Positions 48,335 through 61,700 of a DNA stretch of 64,000 nucleotides are shown here, piece by piece. Position 1 is the stretch's first letter. Every line of letters starts with the position of its first letter. Location of the stretch: positions 1,984,001 through 2,048,000 of the forward strand of contig JAYWIR010000021.1 in NCBI GenBank assembly GCA_036172245.1, written 5' to 3'. The translations under genes and the position numbers were made by a program. Below the pieces are notes generated by a model. The model saw only the letters and a list, made by a program, of their open reading frames with translations. It searched no databases and had not been told where the DNA came from. The DNA comes from Raillietiella orientalis. Taxonomy: Eukaryota.

Positions 48335-51300
48335 GGACAACTCTTTCGCCTTTCGTTCAACTTCGAAAGTCGAAAATTCGATACATTCGCCGACCTCATC
48401 CGCCTTATGAGAACCAGGACAATCGGCCCTACGATAACACCTTAGCATTTCTTAAGGAAGGGGTGACAACCGCTCGGTGCAAAAACGGCCTTCTTCCGAA
48501 CGAGGAAAGACTTCCGAACCGCACATTCACGGGAAATCTGTTGGAAAAATTTTGCACATCCGCCGCGTTCTCGACGGAGTGACCTTTGGCGCCTTTGAGA
48601 CGATGGAAAAAGTGCACTCCACACGTGCACCTTCTGCATTCTTACACATTTCGAATTCCCGACCACTCGGCAGTTTTCGTTTTCGCTCCCGATAACTCTA
48701 AATTTGAAATGTTTGCAGCTTTAGGCCGAAACGGCCACGGGGGAAGGTTTGAAGGTTGGATCAAAAGCAGTCTCCCCCCTGCGTCCATTCATTCCTCTCG
48801 GCCCACCCTGCACGAAATCTTTACGCGAGATCACCAAGGAGATGATGCAAGCTCCGTTTCAAACACTGGACTTCTGGAGCAAACCAGGATTTCAGGACCC
48901 AATCTTAAAAGGCGATGATGCCCAACTCGCTTTTACTCACTCCTCCGTGCTCTGCAACGCGTTAAGCACGAACGCTATCACGGGAAACACGTCGACGCTC
49001 ATTCGAGTGCCAATTCGCTGCAAGATGAACAAACGTAACATCAATTCCCTTTGGATACATCGACATTATTATTACATTTTGTGGAAAATGCTTTCGATCA
49101 ACTGGACAACGCGCCAGTGCACTCTTCTAAGCGTGTTGAGGGGGACATGCTGACTTTTCTAGAGCACATCTTCCACGGAAGCACAAGATTTTATTTTCGG
49201 ACGTGACTTGAGGAAGGTGACCACCGAGTATAGATAAAGGTCCGATACGAAGACAAATTCTACTTCAAAAATATAGCCAATACACTACATAATCCTGTGT
49301 GATCTCGTGGATTTCCGGCAACTGGAGGAGCATACCTCAAAAGACACAAATTGACCACCGGAGACCCCGGAGATACTTTTCTTCCTGTTAGCATAATCGT
49401 TTCTTTTCCTGAAAAACGTGCATTCCTCCACGTGCAAAGACAGGCATTCTCCCACCGAAAAATATGTGCATTCTGGAAAAAAAACGTATCCTTCTGCTGA
49501 ACACCCCCGTCCCGTTTTTTACAGCATGGCATGCTTTCCGGAAGCAAACTGAAATTATTCGCTTGGATGATGGAGTTCCTCCTTTTCGTAGGTTTAGGTC
49601 CAATTTGCAACTGTAGCAATATAAAGTAAGGAGATCGAGCTTTTCATGGCGAAGCTTCCTATAAAATTCTTCGTTTGTCTTCGTTTAGGCAGATCTGAGA
49701 GGTACAGCAACGCACTGCTGTGCCAAAATAAATTCATCCATTACATTAATGAATCTACCTGATCATTCACGAAATGGGAATTGAATGTTTTAATTCCTGA
49801 AAGCTCATTAAATTCTCGAAATTTGGTGAAGGGGGGAGGGGGGGAGAACACACATTTCAGCAAAAGGATTCCTAGGTACGAGGCAATTATCCCTGTCATG
49901 TATCATTCCTGCTCGCAAACCGGTGAGCAAAAAGCAAAGGATGTTCTGGAGAGAACACGTGCATGGATGGCTACACCAACGCGACACACTTTGCTGGATA
50001 ATAAATGCAACGTGAAAGCAGCAGCTTCGCTTACACAACTGACTGCTTCTCCATAATTTATCCAAATAGGAGACTAAGAACGACCTAAGTTTGCTACAGA
50101 GAATCGAATTCCATAGCTGAATGAACCCAATATCAATGTAACTTTGAAAGAACTCAGAACATATCCGGAGACTATTTTTCAAAGATAGATCTGCTTCAAA
50201 ATGACATTTCACTTAATTCCATTTACAACCATAACAAACTGCAACTATAAACAGGCAAGCAAACAGCTATGATGAAGTAGAATACTTCCTAGAAAATTTC
50301 CGATATCTTCCTGGATAACTGATTAATGCACGTGGAATATTTTGTTACAGAGGACGCTTTTCTTCTTTCTCCCTCTCTCTCCCGCCCCCCCCCCCCCGTC
50401 AACTCTCTCCATCCGTCAACTCCGACGCGTACTTTTCGAACACACGAAAATCCGCCTCCGTCGCACTTTCTCTGAGGAGACGGCAGTCCGCATTCACAGG
50501 GAGCCGCCGGGACTCAGCAGCTTTTCTCATTAGCCACAGCACCCTGGGCCCTGCCTGCGAATCAGGGAGGTCGGAACCTGAAGGATCCGAAGAGGCTGGG
50601 GAGATGCTCACAGAATTCGTTTGCGTCCGGAGTGGTTAAAAGAAGAAGAAGGAAAGGCAGCCAAGGGGAGCAAAATCTCGAGTCGAGGCGAAGACCGCGA
50701 TTCGGCAAAGTTTCCGCACAAGGGTTGCCGACTTACCGCATCCAAAGAATGCTCTTTAAATTTCAACCGCAGATAATTATCGAACAATCCTTGGTGCAGC
50801 TTCGAAGGTTCTCCGTACAGGTCGCTGAGACGCAGAATATGCTCAAACCGGGTTGACAGATTTGACTGCTCCAGATTCCTGAGCCCACAAAGTACGTAAC
50901 TCCGTGCTTCCGATACTTACGAACTTTTTATTTCGCGGCATCAGAAAAATTTCCTTCAACACTTGGGAGAACCCTTGGTGCATATCTTTCTTCCCAACAG
51001 GGCGTTCTGTTAGGTGAGAAAGCTGCAGACACCGACAACGACTGCCAAGAAACTGTAATGTTGACAAACAGGAACGAATGTCGCAGCCACTCATCTCGGC
51101 CAAAGTGAAAAGCACAGTCATGCTGGCTTGCAAGCCTTCCTGGAAGGCAATCTCTTGCAACCGAAGTGCCAAACTTGAGGGTGACACAGGGGAAAAGTGA
51201 AAAATCAAGGCATGCTGCTTTAGTGTACGCAAAGAAGGAGCATACTGGTCATTGCAAATGCATATTATTGGTCTTCGCAGAAATCTACGCTTGTTCTCTT

Positions 51301-53627
51301 TCTTTGCCCTCACACCAAGCAATAATTTGATCAACGTATCAATGGCGCCCTGGAACAGATAAACTTGCACCCCGAGCCAAAATATGGCAACACATTACCG
51401 CAGGAGCCCCATCGATTTCATCAATAATCAGGCAATTCGGTTTCGCACCACTTCCAAAGACACTTTTCATTTTTCCAGATGCTTCGATCTGAATCATGAA
51501 ATTTTCTGGGCTTCGATCATCACTGGCGTTCATCTCAACCACATTATACCCAGCATGCTCGGCAATGACATGAGCAAGTGTGGTTTTGCCCACACCTGGA
51601 TTTCCACAAAGTAAAGCAACTTTTTGCTTGGGAAAATTCTGCTCATCCAGCTCCGGAATAAACTGAGATCCTGCAATGAACGTCAAATGGATCATATAGA
51701 AAACATACTTAGGTACTCCAAACCTGCAAAAGATAACATTGGTTTATTGCTAGACACATTCTTCATGCTTGGAACATCTCTGTTGAATACAATTTTATCC
51801 CAAAGCTTTAACCACTGTAACAACGTTCTGTTTACGCTCTTATAAATGGCTTGATTGGAAGAAGAACACATGTTTATTAAACTTTACCTCTTCACTTAAT
51901 AAGTGTCGGTAACTTCGGGGTCGATAGTGCTCTGTCCATAAATCATGGGATAAATAACTCTCTGTCACCATATCATTATCTGGCATATCACGAGCTGACA
52001 TTTTGAAGACAGCTTTCTTAGAAATCTACAAGATTGTTAGCAAGTTGTAATTAATAAGGGATATTCACCTGACCTCATCTAATGCCATGCTTTTCAGGAC
52101 ATCAAATGGAGTTGCTAAAATATGCCCACGTGTAGGAGTAGCAATACCTTTAAGTTCTTCTCGCAGTCTGATATAATATCTATTACCAGTTTCTAATGTG
52201 ACTGATACATATTTTCCTTTTGGAATCCGCCGAAGAATTTTGCTAATGTACGGTATTTCTCTTCACAAAAAATTGAGCTACGAATATCATGGTGGACATA
52301 TACCTATTTATCAAGTCACAAGACTTATCAAAGGTTTTTTGATAACTACGATTTGGGGGATATTCTAAACAGTCACGATCTATTTGCCTTTTCTTGATCT
52401 GCAAGTTGAAAACTTCTTCATTATCAAAATACTTTCTTTTGCTCTCTTTCACCACTGGAAATGGAAAATCATGAAAATGGAAATAAAAAACAACTTTATG
52501 CACACAACCAGTAGATAATCAATACTGGTTATTCATTAAAGACTGAAATTGTTCAATAACGAATTAAAATCTAGGATGTGAAACAAATCCGGGACAACAA
52601 TAGGGTGTTTCTTGTTATAAGAATGAAATAAAAATGCTGATGTTACAGTGAAGCTTGCAGACCAAACAGTGGAGCACCGGTTGCATATCTATGGGCTTGA
52701 TAATGTTTCCTATTTCTGGCCATGCAAACAAGAACATGGCTTGTAATAACAACTGCTTATGGCAACCAGGGTAAATGGCTAGTAACAAAGATCAGTGCAC
52801 TGGATCTCAGCTATACTACCATAACATGACAAGTATGCGTCGAGCCAATTCAAAACTTGTGTGTATAGTTTGAACTTTACTAAAATCAAACAAATGCCAC
52901 GTTTGAATAGCTTGAGATGAATTAAAAACCAATGAACATCATAAATTGCGTGTACAGCATGTGCATTACAGAAACATGCTTTTATATGCTACACTTTTCT
53001 GACAATACGAATTAAGGCCAGAAACTTCATATAAGGTGAGACAATTTCATGAAGCAACATAAAATTTAGGCAATGGTCAGCTGCAAATTCATTTACGCTA
53101 ATTTTAAATGTAAAACTAAATGAAATGAAATGCTCTCACATAATGGACATGCCAAACAGGGTTTAACTGGGGATTTTATGCACTTTTTGGAAAACAAATG
53201 ACTCTCCCTGAAAATTAAGTAAAACTTGGAATGTGAAAACAAATGGAATTACGAGGAAATTCTCGCATTTCTTGGAAGAAATTTCAAATGCTTGTTTAAT
53301 TTCATCGGAATTGTAAAATAAACTATAAGACTAGCTTACAATTGACTTTAGCAACTGAATTTTCTATTTTCCAAATGTCATGCATGTCTAGGCTTTCTTC
53401 GGTATATGCTGTAGACTGCATGATTGGAGAAAATGAATCATTTTCTGAAAAGAAATGTAGGCTCCGTCTAGATGAAGGGACATGTATTTCTTCTTCTTCA
53501 TTTGCTGTAAGTTTACAAGTAGAGCTAATTCATTACAATGCACTGTCTTACAATCTAATTCATGCATCATGGCAATTTCATCAGCATACATCAGAGCATA
53601 AGGATCATCCATGTACTCTGAGCCCAT
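32826..53627 (-). CDS. CHTF18: Chromosome transmission fidelity protein 18 (RFC-like clamp-loader AAA+ ATPase), multi-exon
   Basis: Phase-consistent GT-AG exons: 53552-53627, 53340-53504, 52304-52454, 52074-52260, 51888-52025, 51724-51838, 51399-51670, 50921-51349, 50737-50865, 48038-48208, 47831-47980, 47645-47775, 37156-37372, 33442-33517 (tentative), 32826-32938. Motifs: LWTEHYRP, NRTLLQWLKLWD, Walker A GNPGVGKT, EMNASDDRS, Walker B IIDEIDG, RRPIICICND, CDIRSC, QLYSIREK, KQLIAKELE, C-terminal VWFHFKEGYSSAVRRNIKMRDLL. Confidence 0.93.
36978..37135. repeat. Degenerate ATAG/ACAG-type simple repeat in a CHTF18 intron
   Basis: ATAGACATAGATACAGATATAGATAG... low-complexity run. Confidence 0.8.
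40864..47636 (+). CDS. Secreted/extracellular leucine-rich repeat protein, nested antisense in a CHTF18 intron
   Basis: Phase-0 exons: 40864-40992 (signal peptide-like MKLSVQWLPLLCLLSV, donor GTAAGT); 42692-42919 (LRRNT-like CHPFCRCVEDAIICHC; alternative acceptor may start it at 41384); 46827-47636 (~9 atypical ~24-aa LRRs, e.g. SLPRGCFAHL, SIDSGAF, TERYAF, LKDDAFGLL). Confidence 0.78.
40997..41022. repeat. (GGT)n microsatellite at the start of LRR intron 1
   Basis: Directly visible. Confidence 0.9.
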
Positions 53628-53863
53628 GTTGGCATCCTATAAACAATGGCTTACAGTGACAACTAACAGCCAACATTGGTGGTATTTGCGGCTGGCAGCT
53701 ATCATACCTTCCACCTGACTTTAATCCCAGATCTTAACATTTGAAACCAAACCCAAATATAAACCCAAATCAAATAGAAATTCCCATAAAAAATGTATTT
53801 GTTGCATAAACACACTTCTTTGTTCTGAAGTTTAATGTACTACTTTCAATGTCTTTCTTTCAT

Positions 53864-56159
53864 TCAAATTAGTTTAACACCTGTCAGCTGTATCCTACTA
53901 AGTGATTTTTTAACTCTCAATGCTGTAACTCTTGCTGTAGGAATGGGACTCCAGCATTCATGCATCAATTTTGCCATTACCTGAAGTTCCTACTCAATGT
54001 GTAATTGTTATTCTAAAAAGTGGCTTACTCACAGTTTGGCAGAGCCATGGTTCAGGAATAAGTGGACGACATCCTTTCTTACACACAACCTCAATCATAT
54101 CTTGAAAAGATGGATCATTAGGCACTAAATCTGAATAAGGAAGTTCATAAGGGAAGCACTGAGCTTGTTCTGGACACCAAATGCAGCGTCTGGAAATTTC
54201 CCAGAGAACTAAACCAAAGGAGTACATGTCAGCTCTACGGAACGATTCAAAACAATTCCAGTCTAATGTATCAGTAAGCACTTCTGGTGCCATGTATCTC
54301 TTGGTACCAACACGTGTGTTCAAACCAATGTCCACTTCATTGCTCTCACTACAAAGTGCATTCAGAAAAGGGCACTGCAAAGAACTTTCCCACCTCAGAA
54401 ATTTCACAGCCAAACCAAAATCAGCCAAACAACAACTCCCATCCTTTTTCACTAGAATATTTTTGCTCTTGATATCCCTATGTGCAATAGCTGGTTTTCC
54501 ATGAGTGCCAAAGATTTCAGTATGCAAATGGCACAATCCACTGACTGCAGAATAAGCTAAGTGGATCATAGCAGGAGGACTGAGCACAACAGCCTGCAGA
54601 TAGTCATGCAAAGAGCCATTGGGATGGTATTCAGTAATAAGCAACATTTGAGTCCATGAGCCCGTGCCCTTAATGTCAGATGCAATGAATCCTGAAGCAG
54701 CTAAATATTTTAATTTATGGAAATAAGCATGTCACCTAGTATGTTGTCATGACGCAGAAGAACAGTTTGGTAAATCTCTGTCTCTCGAAGCCATGAAGCT
54801 TCCTCTGTTGTAAAAAATACTTTAACAGCTACTTTTTCTTCTCGCCAAGTAGCCAACCATACTTCTCCATAACGACCTTTTCCTACTGAGTGCAGCATAT
54901 GAATTTGGGAAGCAATAGTACGTTGCACCTTTAAAAAAATTACATGAATAACTTTTGCATCAGTTTACCAATTGAGGTATGCCAGAACCAGAGCCAGAAC
55001 TGGCTTCTACCAAATCCAGCAGTGTTGTCCCTGCAGGAATATATTGTTCACAAAACACAGATGGCAGAAGATCCTTCATTTTTCGATTTATTTTCTTTCT
55101 ATATCTGGAAAAACTACATTATTTGCCACAAGAACCTTAGAGCCTACCTAAAAGTAGCAAAGACAGCAAAGATAACCATGGCCAGGAGAAAACCCATCAA
55201 CAGCAGAAACATGGAGAGAAACACAGTGTCATGGAAAGGTGAATCTTCCCATGACCTATTGCGTTGGCCAAAATAAGGATCCAAAGGTGGGGGATGTTGA
55301 TTGCATAAATCAGCATCATGGCAACAAGTTATTGACTTTGGAGTCAAAAAAGGAACCAAGTATCCTTTGCACTACAAAATGCATTTTCAAGAGCACTTTG
55401 ACATAAAAACACTGTTTTATGTAACATTATGATGTCACCATTTAATTACCCTTTATCCAACTAACCTCGAAATTCAACGGATTCATGTAAAATATATAAG
55501 GCCTACAAACAAAAGTATACATATCACTTTAAATGTTAACTGTTCAAAACAAAACATGTTATTGCTTTGCAAAAAAGGATACTTAGGAATTGCAGAAATT
55601 CATTATTTTGAATTTACAATCAGGGGAAAACCATCATAAAGACTGAATTAATGAAAAATTATTTCTTTAAATGCCTTTAACATACGTGCTTACAAGATTC
55701 ATTACACTATTATCCCAAGCTTGATTAAAGCAAATGCAAACCAGCCAATGTAAAAGTAACACCTGAAACTACTCTTTCACATTGTTAGGATTGCATCAAT
55801 TTTTTCAAAAGACATGGTAATTCTTAATTTTATATTCAATTTTACAGTTGATTTAATTCTACCACCTGCATATATCCTGTTTCACCAGGTGGCAGACAAC
55901 CATACGTCCATTCCAATTCATACTGAGCAGCATCTGGATTATATACTTCCTCTACTGCAGCAAAACATTGGCTTCCTAAGGGGGCAATGCATGTTCCATT
56001 AATGCTATCATCTGGACAATGGCCTTCACAATAACATAGAATCGATGCTGTTTACATGGATCTCTAGTTAAAATTTGGATTTCATTTCGAAAATATCTTA
56101 CTGCTAGCATTCTGTTGATTTTCAAATTCTGTTCCCTCCAAAAAAGAAAGAATCGCCAT
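53864..56159 (-). CDS. tkv: BMP type I receptor Ser/Thr kinase (BMPR1/thickveins/SMA-6 class); 5' end unresolved
   Basis: Exons 56102-~56159 (start uncertain), 55866-56047 ([25 protein letters not shown]), 55148-55371 (CCHDADLCN + TM helix), 54969-55104 (GS box SSGSGSG), 54736-54928 ([13 protein letters not shown]), 54394-54691 (L45 loop [21 protein letters not shown]), 54033-54348 (GTKRYMAPE), 53864-53989 ([14 protein letters not shown]). Confidence 0.92.
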
Positions 56160-57097
56160 CAACAGTTACTCATACTTGATTCTTTTAATATCAAACATAA
56201 ATTCTCCTATTTCATAATGATAGAAGTTTTCAATTCCTAAAAATGCCTGTAGTCGTGCTAAAATGATAGTTAAATTAAAGAAAGCACATAAACAATTACA
56301 AGCACTGGAACATCAAATGAAATTTCTGAGCAATTCTATATTACAGATAAATGATTTCATGTGCCTTTTTAGAGTAGGAAGTTGACTACGAAAATCAACT
56401 TGAACAATGAATAGAGAGAGCCCTGAGATTCTTTTCCCTGACCCAAAAAAAACCTTGAAATTCGTTTCACATGCCTTGGGTTTTTTATTAAGATTTCATC
56501 GATTCTTATTTCTTAATTTGCATCAATTTTCTAGTGCTTTTTAAGATAACAGGAAACTACAGCACTATCAAACAGAAAAGAGCATTTGACACAATACTTG
56601 AGAATCACAATAACTTTTACAACTGAAACCATTCATGAACCCACTTGCACTTATTTGTGCACTTGCAGTTATCATCCTTTTTGATACCAAACCTCATAGG
56701 ATTTTCCCCAATTATTCGCCAAATCCAAGAGTGAATTAGAACACATCAGACATCAAAAAATGAGAACGTACACTACACAGGACAAAGCCACACCAGTGTT
56801 AAGCACTCTGATGAAAATTTGTTGTCACACTGCCTTACTGTGAAATATTTACATGCAAACAGTGAAAACCTACCACCATAAAAAACAATCTGTTGGCACC
56901 ACAGTTGTCCTAAATAACAGACAGAATTACTTCACATTCTAAAGTATTCCTTTATTTACAAACTGTAGAGTAGAAAGATTTATGCTTAGCTAGTCGTAAT
57001 CCTGCTGAAAAGGCAAAATGGTCAGAATGTTTACTTTCCTGACTTACACACATTCACATTTTCATAAAGGCACCTTACAAACAGACTTCTATTTTCA

Positions 57098-57134
<37 letters not shown>

Positions 57135-57440
57135 CATTACTGCTTACACAATATGCTATGTTTCAATGGTACATTTGGTGATAACTTGCAACACAACGAA
57201 CTGGAAATTGCATCACTGAAATGACTGGCTGCTGGAGTCTGTCCCGAAGACTTATCTTGCACTCGCTTCAGAGATGTATCACTTCACTCATTGTACTCTT
57301 GATCGTACGATCAAAAAAACTCTCTTGAGTTCACCAGCAGCATAATTTCCGGAAAGGGAAAGGGGAGGGGAAAAAAACAAAAAAAACACAAATGTCAACA
57401 ACGAGTCAGCACCGAGTCATGCTTGGGATCAAGCACTCAC

Positions 57441-57870
57441 TCCTTCCTCCGTGAAGACGCTGTGGTGGTGCGGTAAACAGATTTCAAATCGGCCTGCAAA
57501 AAAAAAAAAAGGCTTTTTGCAAAATTACATGGCGTGCTGCCGTTCCCGGGGATAAAGAAAGGGACTCCGTCGGCTCACAACACGACCAGGCGCTTTCACT
57601 ACGGACACCGCCGCTGCACCATTGCGTGTAAACACCCTCGGCAGGGAGATCGGCGGACAACGCAGTTGGCCTGCTGGCCGCTCAGGGCGGGAAAAATTCA
57701 GCCGGGGCTCCGGAAAATCTCCCCAAAATCGGCCCTCGCACGCTGAAGGTTCCCGATCCGGGGAAATCCGGGAACGGAACTATCATCTCTTGAAAGTTGA
57801 TTCCCTTTTCCCTTCTCTCTCTCTCTCTCTCTCCCTCCCTCCCCCTCCCCCCTCGAGAGAGAGAGAGACG
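57441..57870 (-). promoter_or_regulatory. Candidate upstream 53-nt exon (57441-57493) and GC-rich/GAGA promoter-like region of the BMP receptor
   Basis: Strong T13-GCAG acceptor and GTGAGT donor on the minus strand; local GC-rich island and (CT)n..(GA)n tract at 57812-57869. Confidence 0.35.
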
Positions 57871-60800
57871 GGTCGCGAACACGCATCACTGTGTGAGCTA
57901 TGATGTACCAACGGTGTGTACGATACAAAGTGGTGCAGTGTCTCTTCCCCAAGGAACCCGGATGTTGTGGTAGGAACCCTTTTCAATGAAATCAACCCTT
58001 TCCGACGAACTTCGATCTTCGTTATGCACCGCCAGCAAGAAGCGTGGACGACGCACATAAGGTCGAGCTGCTGGAAAACGATTTTCGTGTACTCTGATCG
58101 AGAATCGAGACTTACATTCCACAGTGAATCGCATTGTCATCCTTTGTGTGTCTTCATGTTACACTTAGAGTGTAATGTGTGTTCGTTTGTCAATTAAGCA
58201 TCCCCATGTCCATCACTGTAATTACTCGTTAGTTATAGGGAAAGTGATCTGGCAGCTCCAAAACACATTGAATGCATGTGTATCTTGAATAAAATACTAA
58301 GGCCATTTTTTTTTTAAAAAAAAAAAAAAAAAGGAAAAAAGGTCGAATATCGAATCATTGAATTCAAAAAGTGTAATTAGCTTCTTCTACATAGAGTATC
58401 TCTGACTGTTCTCATAGGTCAATATAGTTGAAGCGATCCTTGAAAAGATGGTAATTTTCAGCACTATGATTGAATCGTCTTGAAATTAATGGCATTCGAG
58501 ATTCAGATTGGAGATTCGAAATGAAGTGCCACTTGTTAGAAACGAGATGGCATCGTGATGCAGACTTTGCCTCTGCAAGCACTTCTAGTATCCGAGCCTT
58601 AATTTTTTAAAAAAAAAAAAAAAAAACTCAGAACATGGAGGCACACGGCAACAGTGTTTTGCTATGAATAAGAGGGGAAAAAGATGCTGCGTTGCATCTA
58701 TCATGTTTAGGAAAAAGCAAAATCGAAAAGACATCCAGAAGCAAGTCTTTCTGGCCTGCAGGAACACGAACATAGGTGGAAAGAATAACGTTTTCGAAAA
58801 CATGAAACAACTTCGAGGAAAACGGCTCTTAAAGGACTTTTTTGGAGACTATGAAACTGCCCGATCCGGTAGGAGTCACACAGCTGGAGGAAAATAACGA
58901 GATGTTGAGTTCAGGATGAATAGTATGATATCAAAAAGTCATCTATAATTAGAAGTGTGATCTGAGAGCTGGAAATCCCAGCGAGCTCTTACAAGCATAC
59001 TGAAAACTACATTAGTTCATTCCCTTGCATTCCATGTCTCCAAAACTCGACTGCGTGTTTGGCTTGCCACCAGTAATGCTGAATCATAGAAACGAAAGTC
59101 TTTTGGTTTTTGTTGAAGTCTCATAGACGAACTGGTGGTGATGGCAAACTATAAAAATGACTATATGCGCCGACGGCATTCATGAAAATTTTTTTGATAA
59201 AGTCTAACTGCTCTCATAATCATTACTGTAAGGAAAAAAGAGGTTTTTTTTTTTATATATTTTTTCTTTACAGCAGTTGGTGAGGCAGAGTGAATTTCGC
59301 CGGCATCTCGCGTTTTGATGGGAGCACAACATTGATTAAGGAGTGCTGTCGAAAGCAGCACAACCCTAAATGCATAAATGTTTACTTGCTACATGACAGT
59401 GCAGCAGATGGTGAGCGTCTGTTTCATACTGGAGGCTCCAGAGTATCGAGAGGGAAGGTCTTCCTTTTTCTCTCTCTCTCTCTTCTTCTGAAGTAATAGC
59501 AAATTGAAAAAAACGGATAGAAATTAAGAAAATGGATGTACAGCTTGCAATTTGGGCAAAGCTGTTCTCAAGATCGGACGAAGCAAGCGTGTGTGAAGCA
59601 GGATGAAAAACAGGAGCTTTAGGTTTGTAAAAGAAAATGGGATGTTTTACTGAAAAGCTCAGATCTAGAAATCGTTTTATTCAATGAAACCGAACCATGA
59701 ACCACCGAACCATGTCAAGGGAAGTAACATTCATAATGCTTAAAAAAATATATACATTATTAGTGATGCAAACATCGACACGGTTAGGCCTTCTATGATC
59801 GAAGCTTCATGAGGCTGAAGAGTGCGTTGCTCGGGCGACCGAGTTCATCACCTGCATGGCTGTAACCTGAGCTTGCAAAGTGTTTTGATAGCTTTTACAA
59901 AACTTAATTAGATGTTGTGGAAACCCTTGCACGCGTTCAGTTGCCCAAGTCGTGAATTTTTGTAGGGCTGTGCATCCTAAATCAGCATTTTGTTGTGTAC
60001 AGTACGTTCGTCACCCTCTTGTCGTGCAATTCATTCTTTGGGGGGGCACCCTATGATAGAAACTCTCTGGATGTTCCCGAAACAGAGAGGGAGATTCTGA
60101 GACTGATTGCAAATGACTGCAACCGCAATTCCTTATACATATCTGAAAACACGAGATTGCCACGAGGAAACTTAACATCCAACTTGCTTTATCACTGCTA
60201 ATGCAACCGGAACAACGAAATGAAGACTTCACTTCTTTAGTGGCAGATAGAATGATTTTCATTTTAAACGATTTGGCACACTACTGGCTCCATTAGTAAG
60301 CACTTCTGAGTTCCCGAGAGACTCGGTTTCCATTTTAAAGTTTCCATCTTTAATATCTGGGTAAATTTGAGCTCTTAGTCATGCAAGTCTGTTGAAAGTT
60401 GCACATGCTTGTTTGTTACAAAGCTGGAACAGAAGAGGTACCATTTTTGAAGAAGTCTGTCAACTTCATTGGGATTGGAAAATTGACAAAACCTTCTTAC
60501 TGACTTGGCAGTTTCGTTAAAGTGCGGATGTCACGTATTTGGTGTGTTCCCTTTGCCAGTACTATACAGAGATGAAGTGGCGACCGACAAATTTTCGCTT
60601 CTGTTTGCATTGCTCAGGTACTCTCGACTTTATAATCACCATTAAATAAATGGAAAAAAAAAAAAAAAGAGAGAAGAAGGTAAGAATAATAAAAGCTGTT
60701 GGTGTTTGGGCAAATTGCCGACTTTCGTCGAGCACTGCATTGCACACACAAGTTTTTGTATGGCTGTCGTTTTTTGCAGGTGGATGACTGCACCGTGCAG

Positions 60801-61089
60801 GCATCTGTACACCGTCTTGCACGTGGATGTTTCGATGATGACTCGCGTTTTCGGTGTCTGTGGTTCCAATTGCTTCTTCGTTTTTCTTTATCACGCACGG
60901 CGAAAGAATCACATACTAAGAACCAGATCGCGATAAATACCGGGACGTTTTCTTCACGTAACCTTCGGCTGACGGCAGCCAGCAGCACGTGTGGTTTTCT
61001 TGTTTTCTCGAACCGTTGCATTTTTCAGAAGCCTGTACTTGGAGGTCTTATTTGAAAATGGTCACTGAAGTTTTCTTTTTCCCCATCTT

Positions 61090-61700
61090 TTATAACATGT
61101 TCACGTGGACGCCCGGTGCGACCGGTGAGGGGAGAAAGAGACATCCTCCTACCTTCTTGTGGACTGCATCGCCCTCCGTCCCCTTTGGAATCGTCTGGCG
61201 ACGATCCTGAACATTGGCGGAGGGCGACCCCAGGGACATTTTCAGGCGCCTCTTCTCGCGTGCCGGCTTGCCCCCGGCCGCGTCTCCAGCAGTGCTGTGC
61301 TGCATTCGCGGAATCGTGTCGGCCTGGTACGCGTCGAGAAGGGGCAGGGATGCCATCCACTGGACGCGCATCTTTGTGCGTAACGTCTCCAGGTGGCCCC
61401 ACCTGGGTGCAAGTAGGACTCAGCTTGCCAGGATCCTGAACAGGATCTAGAGGACCGATCCGCGCGCGCGGTGTGATCCCTTCCCCGCCCTCCCCCCCCA
61501 CCCCCAGACATTTGTGCCCTCCCCACGTTTCACTTTTTGTTTGCATTATTCCCACCCCGAGCGTTGGATGGACCTGGCCGGGCTTTGCACCGGCAACCAG
61601 CAAGCTGTTGTGATGTGGTGAGCCCTTGTGTTGCACCGCAAGAAAAGGTTCTGTTTTCTTATTTGCTAGAAATAAATGCTCCGGCATATCCGGGTGATAC
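61090..61700 (+). mobile_element. Solitary 5'-truncated LINE of the same family
   Basis: CDR*GEKETSSYLLVDCIALRPLWNRL...GRDAIHWTRIFVRNVSRWPHLGASRTQLARILNRI; ends AATAAATGCT-CCGGCATATCCGGG. Confidence 0.75.

Noticed and set aside
49592..49625. Candidate LRR C-terminal cap micro-exon (LGPICNCSNI) in the next CHTF18 intron
   Set aside because: It needs a phase-1 donor near the end of the LRR exon and I found no canonical one; left unannotated pending cDNA
53742..53775. TTTGGG-like repeats as telomeric sequence
   Set aside because: Only 2-3 imperfect units; more simply a U/G-rich element downstream of a poly(A) site
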